Positions 25,673 through 40,600 of a stretch of 64,000 nucleotides of DNA are shown piece after piece. Below the pieces are notes generated by a model. That model had not been told where the DNA came from. It made no database searches and was given only the letters and a program-made list of their open reading frames with translations. Positions within the stretch are counted from its first letter, which is position 1; each line of letters opens with the position of its first letter. Source of the DNA: Zygnema circumcarinatum SAG 698-1b (Eukaryota > Plantae > Zygnematophyceae). The stretch is from contig CM074806.1 of assembly GCA_037447605.1 (NCBI GenBank), positions 1,736,001 to 1,800,000 on the forward strand, written 5' to 3'. The position numbers were made by a program, and so were the translations under genes.

Positions 25673-28600
25673 GTGCACCACAGCTGCAAAATGGGACGAA
25701 AGTAAAATGGCGGCATGTCAATCCCTCCTGTCAAACAGTTGGTGAGGACATGGGTGGCCATCACTGTGCACTAATATTCGAATCGGAAATTCCGGAAGCA
25801 GAACAAGATTTGTCACGCATTTCTCGAGAAGGAGCCACTTTGAAAACAAGATCAGTTATCATTTTTATCGGGGATGAATTGAAGGTACCAAAAACGGATC
25901 CAGCAAGGTGTGAGAGGAATATGATAGCGGTATCTAGATTGTAGCGATGAAAGAAAGTGAGTTTTTAAGTGGGAGAGACACTCGAAAAGTACACAGAGGG
26001 TTCTCAATCTCGCATGTCTCAAACAGGAGTGCGGGACTTTTGAATGGATTCAGAAATTGGTAGTCGCAAATCAAACATTTGAAACAACATCAGATGCTTG
26101 TGCCATGACAATACCCAACACAAAGCAAGCCAGAATACTCTTCTCACCTTTCCTCCTTCTCCTTCTTCTTAGCTCTCTTGCTCTTTCGTTGACTTGTTTC
26201 CTGGTCGTCATCCTCTCCATCCCCAATCGCTTCGGCTGCTTTATCATCGTCTCCTTCTGAGCCCTCGTCCAGATGCACTTCTAGCGGTGTTACAGCTTGG
26301 AACCTTTTTGCAGGACGCTGATCTCCTGCTTGCGTGCCCTTTCTTTTCATCGTCAACCCCATGTCGTCATCCTCCTCGTCCTTCTCGTCGTCCCCATCTT
26401 CTTCCTCCTCACTTTCCTCACCAAGTCCATCTTCCTCACTTTCTTCTTCCTTCTCCAACTCTTCCGCATCCCCTTCCCCGCGACTCACTCCCTGACCCTC
26501 GTCCTTAGTCTCCTCCAAGTCTTCCTCCATTCTCAGCTTGCCCACTCCCGCTTGTTCATCCGCTTCTCGTAGGACTGACTCCTTCATTGTGAGTGAAATC
26601 TTTCCGTTCTCCACCTGTAAGCTAAGCATATTCTGTCAAATAGAGCTTTCCCGATGACCTTTATGAGCACCAGTATGCACTAACCAAACAGTAAAATTCA
26701 TATATACAAAAGGTGAAGGTACAAAAACGAGTCACATGTCCCGCTGTAAATGGCAAGAATGTTGTAACTTTCAATCATGGGCAGTGCAGTAATATTGCTT
26801 CGCGCAAAACATTTCATGCATCTTAATCTTATCTCTGCTCACTGACCCTTCCTTCGATATCCTTACAACATCCAGTCTGAAAAGGTGTGAAGGGATCGCC
26901 CTTAAACACGAAACCTCAGTCTAACTGCCAATTGCTAAACCACTTCCATGACATCCGAGAAACAGAACATGTACACAATCTGCCCATTTCTCATTATGAC
27001 CATTACGTCAGATCTTCTCTCTCATGCAATCCATACCACAGTACTATCCTTGCTACTCTTTGCTATTCTGTACCAAAGTGAGCCTTTGATGCACAAGTAG
27101 AAATTAGCATGCACCCAGAGAGCTGCTACAGAAGACTACTGCAAACTTCTGCAGAGCCTCCGCTGAAAGGCATCCCCTCTTGCCCTCACCTTGAGGACTT
27201 TTGCCCGCACTCGCTGCCCTACGTCCAGCACAAGTCGCAGGTCCTTAGTGTAGCCGTCCGAGACTTCAGAAATGTGACACATCGCCACCTGCAGACAAGG
27301 TTCCACCACTCCTAGGTTCAGATGTCTGTCTTTATTCAATGGCTAATCATTCGTGTACATACCCTTCACGTCTCAGATGTCAACTGATGCAGGCGAGCCA
27401 GCAACGGCTATCGAAAAGTGCCATCCTCACTTACATGGCTACACTTGGTGCATGCATTGGCAATCCATCTGCTACGCGGGCCAGCAATAGAGACTTCTTG
27501 AGAGCCTGTATTCCAATTCCAGATCTTGCACCTGTTCCTGCTCCTTATGTATAGATGCGGACAAAGGCATAAACAGCAGAGGACTCAGACTTGCCGTGTT
27601 GCTGTTGTCGATGGCAATGAATGCTCCAAAGTTCTGAATGCGCTTCACTGTACCGGACACTACAATCCCCTCCTTTAGGTCCTCCGTTCTCAGCCACGAT
27701 ATGGAGTTGTTTGGTCCAAGGCTCGTCCCTGCGTGCTTCAAGCTGAGTTGCACTCGGTTGGAGAGTGTGTCCAATTCAACAACTCTGCAATAATTCGACC
27801 ACGGCTTGCAATGAAATAAGGCGAAAAAAGGAGGACATGAAAGTTTGAAGGGGTTAAAAAATGGAAACAGAACGTAAATGCTCTGGCATGGTTCAATCAA
27901 GATTTTCTTTGTAGTGATTTATCTCCACGTTCAGAGCTGCCAGCTGCACATGGGTGGGAACTTGAACAATGACCATCAAGACTAGATTGATTTGCAAAAC
28001 AGAGGCTGAATGCAAAGTCAATGACCATATTGCTTGGTTTACAAATGTAAACCCCTTTCGTACAACACAACAGCAAACTTCCCTGATCAACAGAAATATT
28101 ATGCACTGGCAAGACTAGATTCACATCGATTTCTTGAAGCAATGGGACATCCGAGAACAAACGAACACCGACATAACCCAAAACAGTCAAAGTCGTGGCA
28201 GGGCAACTGTGAAACTGGAAGGAACAGAAACCCTGCAAGGGAATGTTTTTCAACCACTTTCAAAAACTGTTCAGCACATGTGTGTCTGACCTGCCCTTGA
28301 CGAGTTTCCCGGGGGGAAAATCCTTCACAGGGTCCTCAATGAACGACTCCGAGAGGTTGGTCAGCATCACAAGGGCATCGACAGATCTCGCGAGGGTTAC
28401 AAAACATCCTTTCTTTGAGCATGACTTCACATAGCCCTGCCAAGCCCTCCATAGCCAAAGTTTCCTCAAAGTCGTCAGCCGCCACAAAAGAAATCATAAG
28501 AACAGTGATGTAGAGAAGCCATTTAGGACAGAAAATCATTCTCTCTATTTCCAGTATGTTGGTCTGTCGACTGTGGCCCAGTATCAGGTTTCACATAATA

Positions 28601-31600
28601 ACCTTAACTTTCTCCTTCCCTGAACTTGGATTCAAACTTGCCAAGATTCGACTTACCCATTGTTACACCAGTGCTATATTGCTGACAGCAATACAAAACG
28701 ATACTGTTCTGTTCTACAAACAATCCTTTCTTAATGGCCAAGCAAACAATATGCTAGAAACATGCTGGCATGGACCCTGCTAGTTTTTTACTCAAAATTG
28801 GCATTTTCCACCATAATCTTCGAGATTTAACAGAAACCCCGACTTACCCAAACCTCCATGCCCAACTTCAGGTCCTCCAGGTTCCGCACGTGTGGGCCCT
28901 CCTGTCCCCTGGAAGCAAAACCCAGCGGCAGGACAGAGAAAAAGCTCAATGTGCAGCAAGTAACAAAGCGGCAGAGAGGTATTGGCACTGCACCATCGCA
29001 GCTTAGGACACAGAGAGACGCCGTTAAGAACCCCTTTCCAATGATCTTTGGAGTGACCATTTGAACCTGTCTACGCATAAAGGTATGGTCTAAAAAAGGT
29101 AAGAAAGCTGACGCAATGATAACTGTCCGGACTTCAACCAAAAAATACAACTGCTTTGAACCTTCCTAAGAAAGCTGATGCAATGATAGACTGTCCGGAC
29201 TTAAACCAAAAAATGCAACTGCTTTGAACCTTTCCAATTCGGTACGCTGAAACTAGCTCGGGTGCTTCTCGACCTTCACGAGCAATTTACACAGAAAGTC
29301 GTTCAAGAGTTTGAACAGTATGCCAAGTAGTCATCAGTTGCATAGTACACGCTCACAATTACGCCTAACGGCAGTGCATGCAGCAAAAGAAAAACATATC
29401 ACAACCGTATCCGCAGCTATGACATAGTGAAGCCCACAGGAGGTGAATGATGTCCTCACCCTGCACCCTTGTCCTCTCTTAACGTGTTTGCTTGCTCCCC
29501 GCCACACCCTCCCAATGACTCGCGCAATGATAAATCCACCATTCTCAATGGCCCTTCAGCAGTATCGGAACCTCCAAACCCCATTACAACACAACGTACA
29601 AACTGGCCGGACTTGAAACCCTTCAAAGGATCTGCTAGCCACTCATCCCTGATCTCAGTGATTGGCACTCTCCCGAAGCTTCTCACTCCTATTTGAATGC
29701 TAAGTCCTCTGAAGTCCGCCAGAACGCGATCCACTCTACCAGCCAACACTTTTCCACTCCAAAGTTCCTCCTCCGCTTCTTCTTGCATTCCTTCTCTCTC
29801 CTTTCTTATCACCTGTCCTTCCCCGGGAGTAACCACAGCAAGGCGTACCGTCTGCCTCTGGGAATCCAAAGAGTGCACCCGACAGGCCACTGCCTGGCCT
29901 GCTTTAAACCGGGACACAAAGCTGGAAAGCTCAGAAGGTTTAGTAGAAGAATCCAAAATGAAGATGCTTCCCTTCACATGTGCTGAAAGCTGCACCGAGA
30001 CCCAGTCCGATTTCACCTCCCGCACATAAGCTACAACCTCTTGGCCAAGTTTCACGTCGTCCAGGGATGAAAAATTTGGCCGATTCACCACTTCAGTTGA
30101 TTGATCTAGCAAAGCATCCAAAACGAGCAGAGAACAGGCGATGGTTGGTCCCAGATTCAAAACTAGAAAGATTTTCTTAGACGTTAACCAAGCAAAAACT
30201 GAGGAAGAAACATTATGCAGACATGAACGACCCAAATGCGAGCAGCTCAACCAACATAAAACACTTCCTGAGGACTATTAAGTCTGCAGTCTGCTTCTGG
30301 ATACCTGCAGTGTCCAGAAGCATTGAGAGTTCTAAGAGCACATGTCCCGCTCCGCTTTTTTTTTCTAATGCATCAGGTGGCAGGCTGTGAAGGGTGCCCA
30401 GCACTTTCGCAGTCACAGCAGATCCCGCCTTGAACTCTTCCATTGGGAGTGATCCGGGCTCATGCGACCCCAGCATCTGCACAACCAATCCAATCTTACT
30501 GAGATCAGTGACAGAAGACAGTAAAAAAGGCAAAACAAAAGGAAGAATGATTTCGGCCGCAGAGCAGGAAAGGGTGGAAGCACAAGCAGTAGTCCATTCG
30601 TGCTTGGATAGCTCGATAGCGGACCTGAGAGACATGCACCCGACCGCGCACATGCTTCCCAAGCTTCACGTCCAGAAACAAAGGCTGAACGGCCAGCACC
30701 TGCACACCTTATGATGCAGCAAAGGCAACCATGTGTGAATGCCTAGAAGTGTCAGGGCACATACGCGCAGTGTTCGGGCTGATAATTGACTTCTGTGATT
30801 GATGCAGTTCGTGTGACATGAACTCATGCACTCGACACTTACAGATGGAGCACAAACACGAACTTACACAAAAGGAAAGAAGGACCAAATGCAGCTCAAT
30901 GGGTCCCTTAGCCTTGTTCAGAAAAAGACCCGGAAAAAGCAACATGTTCCAAAATGGAAGCTGCTCTGCCAAACACACTTTTCCGCTTTCAAGGAGTTCA
31001 TAATCCAAAGCCGAACACGACTATAAATTTTCCAACGTACCGTTCCTTCGACCATACTGCCAACGGGAAACCTTTGTTCTCCATGTTTCTTCCGTGGAGA
31101 TTGCAACTCTCTCAAAGATTCCTCCGTTACATTCAATAGCAAAAGCAACCTTCCACCCGTGGCCGCATCAGGCATGTGGCTGACTGTGGCCTGAAGCCTG
31201 CACATGAAAACCCACACGATCACAATTCCGTATTACAACAGAACATTGATTCTCCAACACTTAGCCCAGTGCGCTACAAATCGCCTAAAAATAGTGTAGG
31301 CCGAACTATTACATGATACAAATTAAGACGCTCTTTTTGGTTGTCAACAAAGTTTTGGTGAGGCACAATGCCCAGTGTTTCAAGCTTCCACGCAAAAGTT
31401 AAAAAATATATCGCTAAACTGTTTAAGACAAAGGACACAAATTCAGTTAAATTAGAGAATATCATAGACTGTCCATGAAAAAAATAAGTTTAGAAAATAG
31501 GTTTTCTCAAGTGTCACCCCTTGCCTCGCCCTCCCCCAAGCTCCATCTGTTTCTTCCTCTCTATCTCTTTCTCTTCCAACAACTAAATGGTTAAACACTG

Positions 31601-34600
31601 AGCTTTCCCACGCTCATCTTAGCTCAACTCGGTGTTTAACAATAGTTTTTTTTTTATTGATTGGTACCATTTAGGTGTAGGAAGAGAAAGAGATTGAAAA
31701 GAAGGAACAGAGGGAGCTTAGAAGGGCGAGACAAAGGGTGACACTTTCGCAGAAAAAATCTATTCTCCAAACTTAATTTTCTCATGAACAGTTTATGGGG
31801 TTCTCCAATCTAACCAAATTTGTGTCCTCTATCTCAAGCAATTCAGTGAAATATTTTTTAACTTTTGCGTAAAAGATTGAAACACGAGCATTGTGCCTCA
31901 CCTAAACTTTGCTGACACCCAGAAAGAGCGTCTCCTAAACTTTGCTGACACCCAGAAAGAGCGTCTTAATTTGTGTCATGTAATAGTTCGGCCTACATTA
32001 TTTTCACTATTTACTATTTATACTATTTTCCCTGACGGTCCATTTCTCGTCCTCCCCCTCTTTTCCCCCCTCGGTATCCTTTCCTCCACTCGTTGTCTCA
32101 CTTTCCCTCTCTTTTGTTCCTTCACTCGCTACCCTCCCTCACCCACGTTGATTGCTCTCCAACCATACTGTTCAACTGGTTGTAGTGATCAGGTCAGAAA
32201 AGGACGGACCGGTGCCCCTAAGCCTCAAGGTCTAGACTCTCAAATGTACTGGCCCTAACTCCAGGTGCAATTAGCCGAACTCTATGCAACTCTTCACCCT
32301 ACACCGGAGGCTTTGCTCCTTGGTTGAAAGGTGCAACTACCCTCAATACCACAATCGAGACATTACCGTTCGCCAAGGTCGTCTTAACAGCCATGCGGTG
32401 GGCATGGAAATGAAACGAAAGCTGACAGGCTTCATGATACAGAGTTTACTAGATTCACGAAACACGCGAAGATTAAAAGTTGAGCCCTCTTGTTCCTTTG
32501 CCTTACGGTTCAACCCAATGACGTAGAGTAGGACCTACCTTTGCCCAGGCCGGTAATACTTATGTGGATCCAGATTCCGCAGGTTGAAGTCCCGAGTGGC
32601 GGCGTACCCCACAAGCCCTCCGTTTGAAGGCAGTGAAAGCACCTGCAACACAGTTTGAACATACAAGTCACTGTTTGCGGCCAAGCAGCTCGTGCAGATT
32701 CCTTGTTAAGTTCCATGCCTATATGTCCTTGGTGCATCCAATAATCAAGCTACTGCCAGTGTACTTTCTAGTCGTGAAGGTTGACGTTGATGGTCTGACA
32801 ACTTCAGCAATTCGTGTTCGTTTAACTACAAAGATAGACACAAATTTCTTTAAGAAAGTATGAAAACATAGGTTGTTCAGCTTGATAAAGAGCTTCGCTT
32901 AACTGCAACCATCCATAGCCTGGAATCCGACTTCAAGTCCAATTCTGCTACCCTCAAACTATTTTGCGGCTTTACTCGCTTCTCTCCATATGCTCTTGCA
33001 CACTTTACGGTAGCACTTCCTCAAGAGAAGCCTGCTAACTTAGTCTCTCAATGTGATTGGCATATGACTATAACGAGTGGTTATTCTACCTAGACTTTCC
33101 TTCATACTCCAAATCTATGACCACTGCTTCGCACCAACCAGTCTAGTCAGAATCTTCTTCAAGCACCACGCACACAAGGCATTCAAATATTGGACTTCAC
33201 CAGATAGTCATCCTTCACGAGTTCCACCACCACCTCCACTTGCTGTTGAGGTGCTAATTGTGTGGACACCTCTTCAGTCGCCAACGCTTCGCTGCCTTCC
33301 CCTGTTCGCCCTTTCTGATCCCAAAACACAGGCAGAGTGGTACACATGCAGAGAAACTATCCAAATCAATGTAGCCATGTACACCAAAAAAAAATACAGG
33401 TCTATCATGAATCACGTGATCATCACTGTTCACATTTCAAGCCATCAAGTTATGCGCGCAGGGCGCAATTTCCACGTCTAATGAAGCACGAATGAAGGTA
33501 AAGACGTGAATGCATTCCTTACAACCTGCAACGTGTGGCTTCAAAAGCAAACACTACCTATTACATTACTTCAGACAAATGGCAGCTTCATGCCTGTCCC
33601 TTGATTTACTATAAGAAGCGCAAGCAACTCGATAGTGTGAGCTCCATACCTTGGAAAGGCCGCTCGGAACGCAATCCCGAGCAACCATGGCACTAAAGGC
33701 CTTCAGTCAATTGGTTTTGAAAGTGTTTAACAACAGAACAGGAGTTCTGATTTGAAAAGTAACGAGGGTTCACAGGGTGTAAAGGTTGACAATGGAGGCT
33801 AGCAACACTGCAAGAGTCAGCAGGAACTCTCATTCCTAAAATCTCCTTGCCACATGTGATTGCTGCTTCAACTGCTGCAGCCGTGGCAAACATACGATTT
33901 CATGTTCACATGTGGTAGCTACTGTACGTGTGGGATCGTTCAACCAGCAAAGGCAGCAAGGACGCTTTAGTTGTGGAGTAAATATTTTGGGCACTAACAA
34001 ATAAAAAAAAAGGAAAATCTGAACTAAAATATTGCCCTATCTCTGTCGCATATGGAAAGCAGCCTCACCTTGCCCTTCTTCCTTTTGCTCGCGCCTGTGC
34101 CTGCATCCCGACTGGGTGGAACAGAGCCCGCAGTAACTCCATCCAGAAGCTCTTTCCTGAGAGAAATGTCGACCACTCCATCCACTTTCCCCACGTCCAG
34201 GACGAGGCCTTCCACAGCATGTCCAACCTCCACTGGACCGCCCGCTGTACTCCATCACATCCAGCAACAAATGCAAGCATCAGAAGGGGCCTGCACCTTT
34301 CCATGAAGTTCCCTGCATTTTTTCGAAAACACTTTCTCTCATCAATCTGTATTTGCCCTAGGGGAAAATGAGAAAGTATGCTGGTCATAAAGGTAAAGCA
34401 CCAATTGGACATCCCGTGATGAGAACACATACCCTGGTAATGTGTGATGAATCCCACCACATCCTTATGCTCTGGCAAATCGACAATCACCCCGTACTCT
34501 TTCACATCCTGAACCACTCCAGACACCTTCCCCCCCACAGCGAATGCTCCGGCCCAGGAGATGTCTCCTGCACCTGCACTCGCCTTCGCCTCGAGGTCCG

Positions 34601-37600
34601 CAATCTGCACATCACCCACCAAGCAATTGGCCTCACGACTCACGCACATTGTTGAGGGCTTTTCAGAATTGGAACATGCCATCAGCATGTCGAGACAAGA
34701 CTATAACTCCAGCACATCATGCAACAGGGAAACCGAGCCCATTATACATTAAGCATACGAACACCAGAGGAAACCCAGAAAACATATTTATTCGTATCTG
34801 GAATTGCTTTCCAAGCACATGCCCCTGTCCCTGTAAAAACTCAACGGAAGCAAGTTCAGTCTAACGACATATGTGTGGTGCTCCTCTTACACGTCCTCAT
34901 CACTGCTTCTCCAACCTCGATGCCTTCACCATCCATTGCCTGAGTCTTAACTAGAGAAAAGCCAAAGATGTCCATACTCCAATAAAAAACAATACCAAAG
35001 TAATAAGATGGTGCAGGATTCTAATTCATGACTTTTTCAACAATGGGTGCATAAATGAGGCAACAATATCTAGCAATTCTAGATAAACGTGCACCTAGGT
35101 CCAGATCATCTATCAGCGTCCATAAAGTCTCAAAAAGCCATATTTCCATGGTGATCTGTTTTTTAATCACAAAAGTCCAGTCCTCGAAGTCGATTAGCAT
35201 CTGGGAAATGTTCAAAATGAATCCACCGATGACAGCAAGCAGCTCAAGCTGGAACTGGCTCATTCCATCCAAAGGCGACAACAAAATCATCCGACAGGTC
35301 ACACCAGTCCTCAGCTAAGAAAACACCCAAGCCAGTTAGTGTGCTTCGATTCTTGTGGACCTCCATGCAAGATTGAAAGGGGAAATGAAAGTGTAAGTGT
35401 GCACCTCTTCCTCCTCGCGGAAGTAGCCCTCCAAAAGGTTCGCATTCGGGGAGGCACATACCGACTGCTTGAGACTTACAGTGAAGCGCTGAGAGTTCTC
35501 ATCCACCTGTACCCATACAACCATGGGCGCAGGTGGCTCTCAATAATGAACTGCCCTAGCAGATGTGCGAAGCAGCTTCATAACAGTGACCGTTGTCGAT
35601 GTTCACCGCCATTAAATCCATCAGTTGGGAACGTCCACAAAGATATCTACAAGCTTGAAGCAGGAGAAATGGCTCGTAAATAAAAAAACAAGTTAGACTG
35701 GTAACCACAAGACGAAAAAGCTGGTTCCCACACCAGCTTTTACATTCGTGAGGGCGGAAGTTTACAGACCTCAAGAATCAAAGCTCGAACTGACTGTCCA
35801 GGTTGAAACAGCTTGGTAGGGTCAACGACAAAAGTATCTGACAGCTGCAACAACCCAATCACTCAGTTGGAATCAGATACACAATTGAACTAAAGCTCCT
35901 TTACCAACTCTCGTTCACTCAGAAACATGATGCGAAGGTTTGTGTACTGTGCTGATTCATTTCAGTAACAGAGCAATGGTTAAACAACCGGAAGAAAACT
36001 GCACCTCCGAGACTTGAGCCAGCCCTGTTAGGCGGCCCAGGAAGCGCACAAAGCAGCCCTTCGCTGTCACGCTGGCGACGAAGGCCTGCAAGGAGGGAGC
36101 CCTCTCTCCTCATGTTATCATCTCGAGAGTTCCAACACCCACAAGCTCTAAGGAAGAACCTCTGCCGCTGGCAAAGAATCGACACAAAAAGTCTCTACAC
36201 GTAACCAGGCAGAAAGACATCGTCTATTTCTCTAAAAGCTGCATCAAGTATCTGTTGAAAAAGATGCTTCGATTAGAGTTTATAGGTCCAGGGCTCTGCA
36301 GAGGGTTGTCCTTTCCGAGCCAACCCCAGCACTTTGGCCACAGCCCAAAACACACACTCAGGTTGCACGACGGGAAAGCTTGGAACTGCAACTACGCGGA
36401 ACGAAGCAGCCATAAACGGTCAGTAAACATGGGCATAAACATGGAGGGAGGTTTGCTCACTGGCAAGACTTGCTTGGGCTGGAGTTGAGAAATGGTTGAA
36501 GGAAGCAATTCAGCTTGAGAGAGGAGCGAATGCTTTGCAGATAAAATAACTCTATTTTTACCAGATTCTGCATTCACGAATCATCAGTGTTAAATAAGAC
36601 TCAGCAGAGTATTTGCCCAGGAAGTACCGAATTTTATGTTATTTACAAATGAGATGTACTTTGCAATCCTGGCTTCACGAAGTAACCTTTTATTTAAACA
36701 TCCACACAAACCATGTTTTTTGACAGCTGCCAAATGTCAAAACACAATTACTCATTGACTAGCAATTTAACTCTTGTGAACTATGGTAATGGAAAAAACC
36801 CTTCAGCAATGGATGAAAAGATGTACTGGCCATTGAGAACAACGGCTGTGACGCTACGCTAATCCAGCTCCAATGCATTAAAGCTCTCCCAGAGGGGCGG
36901 CAGAAGCACACCGAGCAGAAGCAGGCGTTCAAATCGGAAGCCCGGGCCGATGAGCTTCTTCAACGCTTCCACGTGGCCTGCCATCATTTCCGGATCCTCA
37001 CTATTCGGTTGACTTGTCCTCACCAAACCAAATGGACAGTTCACACAACTATTTGATGGTTCGGGAACTTCTCCATGTTCGCACAGACATGACAGAACTG
37101 GAGTTTACCCAGCTTCTTGCAACAGTTTTGTCTAAGAGATGAGAATTATCAGCAACCATGCGCCTCCGAGTGTAACGAGCTAAGCAGACAGCAGTAATTT
37201 GGGCACTCTGAAATCTTTGCAGTCTGCCTATGATGACAAGCAGCGCCTACAGCCCACTTTCTTGCACTGGAAAGCTGCAAACACTGCCTTTCTCTGGCAT
37301 AAAATGCTATCCGGTGTCCACTCGTCAAGCCTGTCTGCCTCGTACCCGTTGAGAGACATAAGCTGCAGTATCTGCTTTACGAGAGGGCATCTCAGAGTGA
37401 TCCAATGGATGAGACCAGCCTGGTCTTATCATAAAGACTAACCTTAATGGAATCACCGTGGACAGAACCAACCTTTCAGAGAAAGGAAGACGCAGCTACG
37501 GGTCAGCTCTGAAGCTCACCAGTATTGTCAGACAGATGCTCGAAGGGCAGAACACCCTTCAGTTGCCCATTCGCAAGATCAAGACGGACCGTCAATGCCA

Positions 37601-40600
37601 ACTCGTCCTTAGTGTCCACAGTCCCCGACACCAAGGCGCCGGGCTCTAACGCTGCACTTGCTTCTAAGGTAGCTGGAATCCTGCAAGACATCCCATGGTG
37701 ACAAATACTAGACAAACCTTAGCACACGTAGGCCGTGATAATGCCAATTAATAAAGCAAGTGTAGAGGCCTGTCGAAACCCAACAAAGGTCGTCAATGAA
37801 AGCAGGTATGGCTAGAGAATGATAGACATATATCCCAAGCACCGAGGGCACGACTTCCTTGGTTTCAAAAGTATTCCAGTTCCACAATAACCGTACCTTT
37901 TCTTCTTTGTGATAAAGCTGAGTACAAGACCTTCCCCTCCTTTCCGGCTGTGCAGCACTCGGCATTTCACCACCTGGCCCTCTGCAAAGGCATCCTGAGG
38001 CTTTGCTTCGGCATCCAAACCCAGCTCAGACCTGCACACGCTCAAATAGAACACATGGTTCAAAGGGCTCTTCCAAGGGAAGAGGGGAGACACATGATGA
38101 AAAAAGACTCTTTGATCTAGCATCAACATATAGCAGCTCCCATTGAGTGAAGTACATCACCGATTAATTCAAACGAATGTGCTGGAAGCTTACGTGTAAG
38201 CGAGGCCCTTCATATTACCGTAGAAGGACACGAAGCAGCCATAATCCTGGACACCTGTAATCCAGCCATGGCTCACAATGTCCGGTTTTGCGTCCTCCAA
38301 GCAAGTGATCAGGGGAAGCTTAGAATTCACCTGCGGAACCGCCATCGTGACCCATTGCTCAAAATTAATTACCTACTATTGTGGAATTGAGGCAGTTCTA
38401 GAGAGAAGACTGTGTCCAACCAACACCACCAACAAATCCTCATATTCGGCTAACAGACAAGGATTGTCGTGGACAACTGCAGTCACTTCCAAGAAGTTTA
38501 TCAAAATCCGTTGAAAAATTCCAAGGTATTGACCGACATCAAGCAACAAACGGTTACTTTTCAGAACATATCTGCACTGTAAGTAGCTATGAATAGTGGG
38601 CCTAACGCCAGGTAATCCAAGGGAAACAGCTTACTGCTGACAAGGAAAAAGGGAACGCCAATTAAAAAGAAATACATCAGGAGTTACGCGTGTTCATGGT
38701 CCCATAACCTTCGTACCAGAGTCTTTTTGTGAGTTAAAGTAATCCGCTTAGTTTGCGGATTCCGTGATAGAACGCGAAATTTCAGCGCTGCTCCGACCTG
38801 CTTGATGCCCGGCCCCACCGGCCAACCTCTTACGTCACGTGTACAGTAGGCTTAAGCCAAAAATTGCTGCAAAGTGGCTTCAAAACTGCAAAACTCACAG
38901 CTGAGGGCCTTTCTGCACAAGAAATTCGCCTGGGCAACAGAACTTGACTTTTGGGATTTGGAAGAGAATGGAAAAATGTGAGTGTGGCCTACCTGAAACT
39001 TGGCAGAAGGTTTGCTCAGCTTCACGTCTGCCATATGGCTTTCATGGCAGACTGCCCGAATCCCGTTTGCAAGGTGAACCACAGCGGAGTTTGGCTCCAA
39101 AAAAGCCACGGTGCCTGCCACCAGCATGCCTGCCTGCACATCCTCCGCTCGGAGGAGGAGCTGCTCTATTACAGACGCCTGCACGAATGACGGATGGTGA
39201 ATTAGGCTTCAACATATTCCAGATGGGCACACCTACAGATTCAACGATGTTTGAATGCTTAAAATTGATTCCCTTACAAAAATCGGAACACAACATCGTC
39301 GTAAAAAACACGAAAGGCCCAGTGGGTGTCCCCAGAGACAACACGACGAGGGAACACCAAAAGAGAGGGCCGTACTCCTACCTACTCATTCCCTCTCAGC
39401 AAGCCCAGATCTGTCCCATGCCAAGAAAACGCAGGACACAGGCACACCAGAGAAACTACTGCGTAAGCATTTGACAGAAGGATTAAATTTCAGCCTCTGG
39501 GTTCGCCCTCACCTTAAGTGTGGCAGTCGCAACAGCATCCATTGGTCGGAAGCCGATGACCCTCGCTCGCACTTTCCGCCCAACTTTGAACTTCTTCTCC
39601 AGCTTCTCGATCCTTTCATCTGATGCACTGGATACCTGCATGACCATAGAGTGCACTCGGATATGACAGGGTGAGTTTTCTCCAGACCAAACCAAGCCAA
39701 GCCAAGCTGTGGGACTCCAGCAGTCAATGTACAGGGGAATGGAGTGACTGAAGAGCAGCATGGACTATCAATTCATAGAGATAAGATTCTTCAATCTCCC
39801 ATTAGTGCTTAAATATATTGGAACACTCAAAGATACTACGGCCAGTATAATGAGGCAGCTCTCGGCCTTGAATCCTGAAGGAACATCATATAGTGCACAG
39901 TGATGGGAAGTAGAATTAATGTGTGCATCCAAAGCTTTCGAGTGCTCCGATATGCAAACACAGATTTAACAACAGTCCTGAGCTGAATATCAGACAAATT
40001 CACTTAAAAACGGTGAGGCTCCACCTGCAGTTTCCACAAGGTAATAGGCTTTCAAAATTTATCAAGAAAGAAATAAGCTCCTCCAAACACCTCAGCTTCA
40101 GCCAATCCCAAATAACCTGCCCTCGAAGAATACGTAAGGATATGCCAGATAAAACTTAAGCAATGAAAAGCACGATAGGGATTGCCGATCCTCATTTTGA
40201 GCATGTAACTCAAAGGATATTACACTTGTGTTCAACAACGGGAAAACGCAGCAATCAGGCGGTCTCTCACATGGACATAGGCTGCGGAAGGTTTAGGGTC
40301 AGTCGGCAACTCCAGAAGCAAACCGACAGACGGGTCGATACGCCTCACTACCGCCTTGTCAAATATGTCTCCGATGTTCACCCGCTGCAAGAAAAGGACA
40401 AGGTTTTGCAGCAGCCTATCAGCACGAGACAATAGCCTGACAATCCATCGACAAATGCGGGCAATTCTAAAGAAGCAATAATGACCCTTAAAAAAAAAAA
40501 AAAAAAAAAAAGGGGTCCCTTACTCGTTCCAGACCTCGGACCTCAGCTGCAAGAGCTCCCCAAGATGGCATTATAAAAAGGTTTACATGCTCACCGGTTG

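Noticed and set aside
25454-25721. Lys/Glu/Arg-rich and Phe/Leu/Ser-rich ORFs
   Set aside because: Translations of the intronic (GAAA)n repeat.
29113-29181. Box C/D snoRNA-like pattern (GCA-ATGATAA...CTGA-TGC)
   Set aside because: Imperfect C box, antisense to the host gene, and explained by the junction of the 68-bp tandem duplication.
29100-29235. CRISPR-like repeat
   Set aside because: Only two adjacent copies with no spacer, in a eukaryotic intron.
36500-36585. TGATGA...CTGA pair on the minus strand (snoRNA candidate)
   Set aside because: The D box falls within an RRP5 coding exon ([17 protein letters not shown]).
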